From: an uncultured Gammaproteobacteria bacterium
Lineage (GTDB): Bacteria; Pseudomonadota; Gammaproteobacteria; Magnimaribacterales; TMED112
Direction: 5' to 3'
Assembly (NCBI GenBank): GCA_913044115.1
Contig: CAJWNO010000003.1
Location: forward strand, 1 to 56,932
Length of the DNA: 56,932 nucleotides
Under the pieces are notes generated by a model. That model saw only the letters and a list, made by a program, of their open reading frames with translations. It searched no databases and was not told the DNA's origin. This document shows, in pieces, positions 49,647-56,932 of the stretch (positions within the stretch are counted from its first letter, which is position 1; the number at the start of each line of letters is the position of its first letter). A program made the position numbers and the translations under genes.

Positions 49647-50370
49647 TTATTATTTCCCTCATCATAGCTGTTTTTCCAGTCCTATTTAAAATCTCAAATT
49701 GAATATTCCTTGCAAAAATAAAAAATGAAATGAAAAGCAACGATAAAAGCATCATTGGCAATCCAATTAACATCTCAGAGTCTATAGCGCTTCCAGATGT
49801 AGTGATACTCGCATTTTGATGCAATGTATTCCACCAGTTAACAGAGAACTTAATAATTGGAATATTAACTGCACCAATAATGGCAACTATACTTAGAATT
49901 TGATCGGCTGTTTGCCTCGAATTAAAAGATGAACGTAATGCAATTAGGCCAATATATTGAATAAGAAGAATAAAAGTTGAGGTAATCCTTGCATCCCAAA
50001 CCCAGTAAGTACCCCAAGTTGGTTTGCCCCAGATTGATCCAGATGCTAAGACGATTGCTGTGTAGACTAACCCTATACTAATTGCAGAATTAAGAAATAT
50101 TGCAGCAATTTTTGTTCGCCAAACAAGAAAGATAAATCCATTTACTGCTAAAAATATATAGATAAGTTCTGAGAGGATTGCTGAAGGCACATGAATAAAA
50201 AGAATACGGTAAATTTCATATTGTTCAGCGTCAGCTGGCAGCTCAAAAATGACAAAATACGCAGAAATTGTAAAAGCAACTAAACCAATTAAGAGTGCTG
50301 GAAAAGCAGTTAAACTGCAAAATTTAAAGACTTTGCTTATTAAAAAATATTTCGCTATATATTTATACAT
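49639..50370 (-). CDS. ccmC: Heme exporter protein CcmC
   Basis: 243 aa. WGTYWVWDARITS tryptophan-rich motif. Confidence 0.9.
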   Translation of the reverse strand: MYKYIAKYFLISKVFKFCSLTAFPALLIGLVAFTISAYFVIFELPADAEQYEIYRILFIHVPSAILSELIYIFLAVNGFIFLVWRTKIAAIFLNSAISIGLVYTAIVLASGSIWGKPTWGTYWVWDARITSTFILLIQYIGLIALRSSFNSRQTADQILSIVAIIGAVNIPIIKFSVNWWNTLHQNASITTSGSAIDSEMLIGLPMMLLSLLFISFFIFARNIQFEILNRTGKTAMMREIING

Positions 50371-50991
50371 TTATTTACTCTGGATTTTTAATATTTGGAT
50401 AATTGCATAGTTAATGAATGAAGCCGAAAAAATAAAATATGCCATTAAAAAATTAAAGTTTGGCACCAACTTTCCAGCAACAAACATTTCTTCAACAAGG
50501 ATTATAAATGGTATTAAAAGTGGAATAATCAATAATGCATTTAATGAGTTATTTCTCTTTATTGATATGGCACTTCCCAAATTAAAGAAAAAATATAAAG
50601 TACTAAGCATTACTATATAAGCCAACAATAATTGATGAAGTGACTCTTCGCCAAACCCATTTATTAAATAAGCAATCAATGTCATAGGCAGATAGACCAG
50701 AGTCAAATTAGCAATATATTTTGCAAGCAAATAAAAAATTAAACTTTGTTTCTCACAAAGTTTTTGTTCGATATATCCAGAATTGTAATCGTCTTTAAAG
50801 GTGTTTTCAGAAATAATAAAAACCGTTATAAATGAGGCTATAAAAGAACTAACGTAAGTAAAACTTTCATCAAAATCCAAAATAAAGAATATTAAAAAGA
50901 TTATGCCGAATATTGATAAGGGCAAATAAATATTTTTTGGTATTAAAAAAATTAATCCAAACTCTCTTTTTAAGTCTTTAAGCATGATCAT
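50371..50991 (-). CDS. ccmB: Heme exporter permease CcmB
   Basis: 206 aa, 6 TM. Lies between ccmA and ccmC and directly abuts ccmC. Confidence 0.8.
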   Translation of the reverse strand: MIMLKDLKREFGLIFLIPKNIYLPLSIFGIIFLIFFILDFDESFTYVSSFIASFITVFIISENTFKDDYNSGYIEQKLCEKQSLIFYLLAKYIANLTLVYLPMTLIAYLINGFGEESLHQLLLAYIVMLSTLYFFFNLGSAISIKRNNSLNALLIIPLLIPFIILVEEMFVAGKLVPNFNFLMAYFIFSASFINYAIIQILKIQSK

Positions 50992-51544
50992 CCAGTAAAA
51001 TCAAATTACTTCCCTCTATATTTTCTTGGTGGTTGGCTAATATAATGCATCCACCATTTGATAAGTGTTTTTGAAAAATTTTCTTTAAAGTGTTTATTGA
51101 CTCTGCATCTAGCCCAGCAAAAGGCTCGTCCAATATCCAAGTTTTAGTATCTGAAGCGATGATACGCAATAATGCTGCTTTTCTTTTTTCTCCAAACGAT
51201 AGATTAAAAAACTTTTGATTCTTAAATTTATTCATATTAAAGATGTCAAAAACTACCTTATTTGTTTTAAGGCCGAGAATATTGAAGTTTTCTCTTAGCG
51301 TGATTTCTTCTACGAAGCCATTTTTATGACCAAGGTAAGATACCGAATTAGCATTATCTTCTAAATGAACTATTGAATCAGAAGGTATCAAGCCAGCAAT
51401 TATTTTCAGCAAAGTTGATTTACCAGAGCCATTATTGCCCCTTATCTCGTACATTGATTCAGCTTCAATATCAAAACTTATGTTTGAAAAGAGCACTCTA
51501 GAATCAATCTCATAATCTAGATCTGTGACTTTATATAGAACCAT
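50978..51544 (-). CDS. ccmA: Heme exporter ATP-binding protein CcmA
   Basis: 188 aa. Walker A GNNGSGKST, signature LSFGEKRK, Walker B WILDEP. Confidence 0.85.
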   Translation of the reverse strand: MVLYKVTDLDYEIDSRVLFSNISFDIEAESMYEIRGNNGSGKSTLLKIIAGLIPSDSIVHLEDNANSVSYLGHKNGFVEEITLRENFNILGLKTNKVVFDIFNMNKFKNQKFFNLSFGEKRKAALLRIIASDTKTWILDEPFAGLDAESINTLKKIFQKHLSNGGCIILANHQENIEGSNLILLDDHA

Positions 51545-51640
51545 TAAAAATTAAATTCAGGACTGCTATTAATTAATAACAAATGAATCCTGTTCATATG
51601 GTATTATTTTACCAGTAGAAATCTATCAAAAGGAGTTTAA

Positions 51641-52834
51641 ATGAGGGTTCTTATATTATTTTTTATTTCGTTGCTTGTAATATCGGAGGATTATTTTCCT
51701 GGTGAAGAATGGGCTACGGCTACAGCAGATGAAGTTGGCCTAGATGAGAGCAAAATTGAAAAATTATTCGATATGACTTTCGAAGATGATGCAACTATGA
51801 GTGCAGTGCTTATTAAAGATGGTTACATTGTAAAAGAGCAGTATGCTGAAGGTTTTGACCAGGACTCATTTGGTACTTCATGGTCAACAGCAAAAAGTTA
51901 TTATGCCGCACTTATAGGTATATCACTTGATAGAGGTGAAATTGATAGTTTAGATGATCCAGTAAGTAAATACGTTGAATCCTACTCTGCTCCTGAGAAG
52001 AAAAATATCACTATCAGACAGATTTTAAACATGACGAGTGGTCTTGAATTTCCTTCACATGAACATGAAATGATGTTTTTTGAATCTGATCATTTGCAGT
52101 ATGCAGAAAACGTTGGGGTAGAGAATCCTCCAGGAGAGGTTTTTCAATATAACAATGTTAATTCCATGATGATTGGTGAAATTCTCAAAGGAGCAACTGG
52201 TAAAACAGCTAAAACACTCTTAGACGAAAGAATTTTCAGCCAAATAGGCTTAACTAATTATACCGCTTGGGAAGATGAAGCTGGCAACACAATGACCTAT
52301 TGCTGTCTTGATATGTCTGCCAGAGATTACTCCAAATTTGGTCTACTGTTTTCCAGAGATGGTAAGTGGGAAGACAAACAAATTATTTCAAAAAATTATG
52401 TAGATGAGTCTTTGCAACTTTATTGGGGTAAAACTCCTGACATGGGTTGGAGCCATAGTGACACCAGAGGATACAGTTTGCAGTGGTGGATATCAAAATA
52501 TGATGATGATGCAAAAATTTATAATACAAGTGGAAAATTTGGTCAGTTCATTTTTATTGATAAAGAACGAGATGTTATTTTTACAAGAATTACCAAATAT
52601 TATCCTGGACCAGGTGATGCTCAACAGTGGGGTGCACTTGGCTACCTGAGGTTCTTAGGAAGTGTAGATAGAGCAGTCGCTGTTTCAAGATTCTTAATGG
52701 CTATTGGTTTGGTAAGGCTCGATGATGGAAGTGTGAGAACTCCATATACCAACGAAGATGGAGAATCTAGAGAGTTCTATCAAAACTACGTAAAAATAGT
52801 CGACTCCATAGCTGATTTAGAAATCGATGATTAA
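51641..52834 (+). CDS. Secreted serine hydrolase (beta-lactamase/transpeptidase-like, class C-related)
   Basis: 397 aa. AAGGAG SD, signal peptide, SxxK (WSTAK) and YxN (QYNNVN). Confidence 0.8.
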   Translation: MRVLILFFISLLVISEDYFPGEEWATATADEVGLDESKIEKLFDMTFEDDATMSAVLIKDGYIVKEQYAEGFDQDSFGTSWSTAKSYYAALIGISLDRGEIDSLDDPVSKYVESYSAPEKKNITIRQILNMTSGLEFPSHEHEMMFFESDHLQYAENVGVENPPGEVFQYNNVNSMMIGEILKGATGKTAKTLLDERIFSQIGLTNYTAWEDEAGNTMTYCCLDMSARDYSKFGLLFSRDGKWEDKQIISKNYVDESLQLYWGKTPDMGWSHSDTRGYSLQWWISKYDDDAKIYNTSGKFGQFIFIDKERDVIFTRITKYYPGPGDAQQWGALGYLRFLGSVDRAVAVSRFLMAIGLVRLDDGSVRTPYTNEDGESREFYQNYVKIVDSIADLEIDD

Positions 52835-53993
52835 AAAAATTGCAACTTTGTTGCTTCTTTTTAGTGCATTTGCACCACAAGCCGACACCATCAATGAAAA
52901 GGTTTTAATATCCTTGGAAGATATGATGAAAGCAGATCCAGCAACGCAAGGATTTCTTGTTTCTCATAATGGTGTTGTAGTATCTGAATATTACGCTGAT
53001 GGATACTCAGATAATGATCTTGGCACGACTTGGTCCATAGCTAAAACTTTTTATGGGGCTTTAATTGGAGTAGCAATCCATAAAAACTTGGATGTTGATC
53101 TTGAAGATAATCTTTCAAAATTTATTCCTGAGTTTAGTAAAGATGAAAGAGGCAAAATCACTCTTCGTAATTTGCTAGCAATGAAATCAGGATTTGAAAT
53201 TACTGAACATGAGAACCAAGAAATGTTCTTCTCACTAGATAATTTGAGCTTTGCTTTAAATGTTGAAATTGATAAACCTCAAGGAGAAGTTTATGAATAT
53301 AACAACGTCAATACCATGCTTCTAAACCCTATTATTGAACACATATTTGATAAAGAAGTTCATGAGGTGCTCATAGATGAAATTTTTACGCCACTTTCAA
53401 TTACTGAATATGGCTTATGGGAAGATAGTTCTGGCAACGATATGACTTACTATGGAATCGATTTAAAACCAGCTGACCTTCTTAAATTTGGTCAACTAAT
53501 TAACAATGGTGGTTCTTGGAATGGTATTCAACTGATCGATCCTAATTATCTAGCTGAATCAATTAAGCCTCTTTCACCTGGAACAGGCGAATGGTTTGGA
53601 TTGCATTGGTCTGTTAGAAAATACAATGAACAAAAAAATCTCGTTGGCTTAGAAGTAACAGATGGCGAAGTCTTTTTTGTTATACCAGAAAAAGATATTG
53701 TTGTTGTTCGACTAACAAAATACCTGCATGATGCTCAAAAGGGTTATCAAATAAATTTTGGACCTCTTTCATATATATTGTGGCTGCCTTATTCTTGGGT
53801 TCGCTATATTACTGAGCTGCTAGCGCCTGCTCCAGCTGAACCAGATGCTGAAATAGTCGATGATCCAAATTTAAATATTCCAAATACACAAGCTAAGGGA
53901 ATATCAGTGCATCATTGCCCTTTCACAAGCCCAAATAACTGTCCTGGTGTAACAAAGATGCAGAATTTAATCTTTGACTTAGTAGAAGATTAG
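52827..53993 (+). CDS. Secreted serine hydrolase, tandem paralogue of 51641..52834
   Basis: 388 aa. Signal peptide, SxxK (WSIAK) and YxN (EYNNVN). Alignable with the upstream gene along its length. 8-nt overlap. Confidence 0.8.
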   Translation: MIKKIATLLLLFSAFAPQADTINEKVLISLEDMMKADPATQGFLVSHNGVVVSEYYADGYSDNDLGTTWSIAKTFYGALIGVAIHKNLDVDLEDNLSKFIPEFSKDERGKITLRNLLAMKSGFEITEHENQEMFFSLDNLSFALNVEIDKPQGEVYEYNNVNTMLLNPIIEHIFDKEVHEVLIDEIFTPLSITEYGLWEDSSGNDMTYYGIDLKPADLLKFGQLINNGGSWNGIQLIDPNYLAESIKPLSPGTGEWFGLHWSVRKYNEQKNLVGLEVTDGEVFFVIPEKDIVVVRLTKYLHDAQKGYQINFGPLSYILWLPYSWVRYITELLAPAPAEPDAEIVDDPNLNIPNTQAKGISVHHCPFTSPNNCPGVTKMQNLIFDLVED

Positions 53994-55015
53994 TCCCAAG
54001 TTAATACGACTTTACCTGCTTTACCAGAATTGAGTAGGTCGAAGGCTTGTTGGAATTCCGAGTAGTGAAATTTATGTGTTATTACATTCTCTATATTCAG
54101 TCCTGAATCAATTAGTGCCATGCCTTTATACCATGTTTCAAAAATTTCACGACCATAGATAGCTTTTAGATTTAAAGCTTTAAAGATTGCTTTTGATAAA
54201 TCAAATTGGATTTTGTCAGCAGGTAAGCCAAGCAGAGAGACTTTGCCTCCCATAATCATTGCATCCATCATCTGATCTATAGCTTGCTCAGATCCAGACA
54301 TTTCTAAGCCAACATCGAAGCCTTCCTTGATGCCCATTTCAGCCATTTTTTCTTCGAGACTTTCATTTGATGGGTTCAAAACATCAACATCACAAACTTT
54401 TTGGGCAAGCATAAGTCTGTGGTCATTAATGTCGGTTAATAACACTTTTCTGGCACCGACATATTTTGCAATCGCTGCAGACATTATGCCTATTGGTCCT
54501 GCGCCAGTAACTAGAACATCTTCACCTACAAGATCATAAGATAAGGTTGCGTGAACCGCATTTCCGAATGGGTCCAAAATAGAACCTATTTCATCAGAAA
54601 TACTGTTAGGTAAATTAACAACATTTTTTGCCGGCACTGAAATGAATTCTGCAAAAGCCCCGTCTCTGTCAACACCAATATTAACTGTCTCAGGATCAAG
54701 GTGAAGTTTGCCAGCTTTAGCATTTCTACTATTTAAACCAGTAATATGAGACTCAGCAGATACCCTGTCACCAATTTTAAAATTTTTAACATTGGATCCC
54801 AATTCACATACTTCTCCCATAAATTCATGTCCGACAGTCATTGGTGGTTTGATAGTACTGCTAGCCCATTTATCCCAATTCCAAATATGTAGATCAGTAC
54901 CACAGATAGCTGTAGTTTTAACTTTTATAAGAACATCATCATTACCAATTTCTGGCACATCAACATCAGAAAGGACTAATCCCACTTCATGTTTTGCTTT
55001 GACTAATGCTTTCAT
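53990..55015 (-). CDS. tdh: L-threonine 3-dehydrogenase
   Basis: 341 aa. Zn-ADH fold. N-terminus MKALVKAK...AICGTDLHIWNWDKWA is typical of Tdh. Coupled to kbl (4-nt overlap). Confidence 0.9.
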   Translation of the reverse strand: MKALVKAKHEVGLVLSDVDVPEIGNDDVLIKVKTTAICGTDLHIWNWDKWASSTIKPPMTVGHEFMGEVCELGSNVKNFKIGDRVSAESHITGLNSRNAKAGKLHLDPETVNIGVDRDGAFAEFISVPAKNVVNLPNSISDEIGSILDPFGNAVHATLSYDLVGEDVLVTGAGPIGIMSAAIAKYVGARKVLLTDINDHRLMLAQKVCDVDVLNPSNESLEEKMAEMGIKEGFDVGLEMSGSEQAIDQMMDAMIMGGKVSLLGLPADKIQFDLSKAIFKALNLKAIYGREIFETWYKGMALIDSGLNIENVITHKFHYSEFQQAFDLLNSGKAGKVVLTWD

Positions 55016-56205
55016 ATTACCCCAATAGACTTCCCAACTTTTGCAAAGATTTCTAGAGCTTTATCTAATTGCTCTTTTGTATGTTCGCTGGTTAATTGTA
55101 ATCTAATTCTTGCCTGTCCTCTTGGTACCACAGGATAGAAGAACCCAACTGCATAAAGCCCCTCATCAAGTAGTGCTGCAGACATTTTTTGAGCAATTTC
55201 TGCATCACCAAGCATCACAGGAGTTATTGGATGCGAGTCGCCTTTTAAAGTGAAACCAAGTTCTACCATTCTTTCACGAAAATAAAGTGTATTTTCTTTA
55301 ATTCGAGCTCTTCGTTCTGGCTCATTTTCAACAATTTCAAGTGCTTGCAGCGTTGCTCTTACAATTGAGGGTGACAATGCATTTGAAAATAAGTACGGTC
55401 TAGATCTTTGTTTTAAAAGCTGGACAACATTCTTCTTTGCACATACAAATCCACCTGAAGCGCCACCTAGTGCTTTACCAAGCGTGCCAGTTAGTATGTC
55501 TACCTTACCTTCCAGACCAAAATGTTCAGGGGTTCCTTTTCCATTCTTCCCTACAAATCCAGTAGCATGACAATCATCAACCATTACTAAAGCATCGTAT
55601 TTATTTGCTAATTCACATATTTGATCAAGCTTTGCGTAAGTTCCGTCCATTGAAAAGACTCCATCAGTTGCTATAACTTTATGCCTAGCATTATTATCAA
55701 TCGCTTCTTTTAAACAATTCTCTAAACTTTTCATGTCGCTATGCTCATATCTATATCTTTGAGCTTTACATAGCCTAATACCATCAATAATTGATGCATG
55801 ATTTAATGAGTCACTAATTATTGCATCTTCTTTTCCAAATAGCGGCTCAAACAAACCCCCATTTGCATCGAAACATGCAACATAAAGTATGGAATCTTCA
55901 TAACCAAGAAAGCTGCTTAGTTTTTTCTCTAACTCTCTATGTACATTATTGGTACCACAAATAAAACGTACAGATGCCATACCAAAACCATCGTCATCAA
56001 TAGATTGTGCAGCAGCTTTTTTTACTAAGTCATTATTGGCTAAGCCTAAATAATCGTTAGCACAAAAATTAAGCACTTCTTTGCCGTCAATTAATTTGAT
56101 AGCTGCTTGTTGTGGGGTAGCGATTAGTCGCTCATCCTTAAATAGGTTGTCTTTTGTTATCTGAGAAACTTCTTTATCTATTAGATTGTAAAAACTTTCA
56201 CTCAC
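55012..56205 (-). CDS. kbl: 2-amino-3-ketobutyrate CoA ligase (glycine C-acetyltransferase)
   Basis: 397 aa. GTG start. Alpha-oxoamine synthase family with the PLP-lysine context GTLGKALGGASGG. Confidence 0.9.
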   Translation of the reverse strand: MSESFYNLIDKEVSQITKDNLFKDERLIATPQQAAIKLIDGKEVLNFCANDYLGLANNDLVKKAAAQSIDDDGFGMASVRFICGTNNVHRELEKKLSSFLGYEDSILYVACFDANGGLFEPLFGKEDAIISDSLNHASIIDGIRLCKAQRYRYEHSDMKSLENCLKEAIDNNARHKVIATDGVFSMDGTYAKLDQICELANKYDALVMVDDCHATGFVGKNGKGTPEHFGLEGKVDILTGTLGKALGGASGGFVCAKKNVVQLLKQRSRPYLFSNALSPSIVRATLQALEIVENEPERRARIKENTLYFRERMVELGFTLKGDSHPITPVMLGDAEIAQKMSAALLDEGLYAVGFFYPVVPRGQARIRLQLTSEHTKEQLDKALEIFAKVGKSIGVI

Positions 56206-56237
56206 AATATGATTATAATAGAATCCACTATTATCTT

Positions 56238-56932
56238 ATGCATAAAAGAACAAAAATTATCGCAACTATAGGCCCAGCGTCTAAATCAACGGAAGTAATT
56301 CAAAAACTTCATCAAAATGGCATGAATGTAGTGCGCATAAATATGTCTCATGCATCACTAGATGATCTTAGAGATATTTCAGGCATAGTATCCAAACTTA
56401 ATAAGAAACTTAAATCATCAATTGGATTAATGATTGATACTCAAGGTCCAGAAATTAGAACCTCTAACTTTAAAGATAGTATTTCACTAAGCAAAGGGGA
56501 TATTGTTACTCTGTGCAGCAAAACTAAGAATAAAAATTCAAAGGAAGTGCTCGTAGAAAATTTGAATTATGTTAAGGGTCTAAAGCGAGGTGGAAAAATT
56601 TCTCTAGATAATGGCCAGATAGATTTAAAAATAAAAAAAATTGGCAAAGAAAGAATTGAATGTAGTGTTCTAGATGCAGGAGAGATTGGTGGCAAGAAGC
56701 ACGTTAACTTTCCAGGTGCAAAAGTTAATCTGCCTACACTTACCGCAAAAGATAAAAGAGATATTAAAGAAGGTTTGAAATGTGGTATTGATTTTATTGC
56801 TTTATCTTTCGCCCGAACCGATAAAGACTTAAAAGAACTAGCTTCAATTATTAAAAAGGAAAAAAACAAACCAGAAATTTTTGCCAAGATTGAAGAACAG
56901 CAAGGCATGGATAATATCGATGCCATCACTAA
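56238..56932 (+). CDS. pyk: Pyruvate kinase, 5' portion (runs off the window; not in the ORF track)
   Basis: Hand translation from the ATG at 56238: MHKRTKIIATIGPASKSTEVIQKLHQNGMNVVRINMSHAS...MIDTQGPEIRT...IDFIALSFARTDKDL...KIEEQQGMDNIDAIT. No stop codon before the window end. Confidence 0.9.
   Translation, partial: MHKRTKIIATIGPASKSTEVIQKLHQNGMNVVRINMSHASLDDLRDISGIVSKLNKKLKSSIGLMIDTQGPEIRTSNFKDSISLSKGDIVTLCSKTKNKNSKEVLVENLNYVKGLKRGGKISLDNGQIDLKIKKIGKERIECSVLDAGEIGGKKHVNFPGAKVNLPTLTAKDKRDIKEGLKCGIDFIALSFARTDKDLKELASIIKKEKNKPEIFAKIEEQQGMDNIDAIT

Overview
Visibly AT-rich, very gene-dense chromosomal segment: my tally of the gaps between called genes gives only about 1.4 kb of non-coding DNA in 56.9 kb. 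The smc-zipA-ligA synteny, a complete System I ccmABCDEFGH operon, a short bifunctional PutA and tdh-kbl point to a streamlined, probably marine gammaproteobacterium (inference). Content, left to right: an atu-like acyl-CoA carboxylase cluster with a nitronate monooxygenase (NMO) family oxidoreductase and an MFS transporter; secreted peptidases; a GtrA/GtrB/GT-C-like glycosylation module; a secreted hydrolase and pseudoazurin; tRNA-Val; a large zinc protease; a LysR-controlled acyl-CoA dehydrogenase (ACAD) operon; PutA; indolepyruvate:ferredoxin oxidoreductase; a small detox-type cluster including a haloalkane dehalogenase; small envelope proteins around tRNA-Leu with an XRE regulator; an M16 peptidase; slt-ligA-zipA-smc fused without gaps to the ccm operon; two tandem serine hydrolases; kbl-tdh; and the 5' part of pyruvate kinase. 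I saw no CRISPR, integrase, transposase, rRNA or recognisable defence genes. I cannot point to a clear new multi-gene system. The observations most worth follow-up are: (1) a 736-aa SMC with both ATPase head halves but no hinge domain and short arms; (2) the largest spacer in the window (241 bp), which carries six same-orientation, helically phased copies of GTGTTCAAA(A)T; (3) a membrane-protein/XRE operon whose promoter is covered by two TGTAAAG-N4-CTTTACA-type operators; (4) two operon-internal genes (MFS, ccmF) whose conserved N-termini lie upstream of any ATG/GTG/TTG, each with an SD-positioned ATT; (5) 8 of 9 convergent gene pairs overlap at their stop codons. Two genes absent from the ORF track were found by eye: ccmD and the edge-truncated pyruvate kinase. 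All family assignments come from reading motifs and from recall, not from searches.
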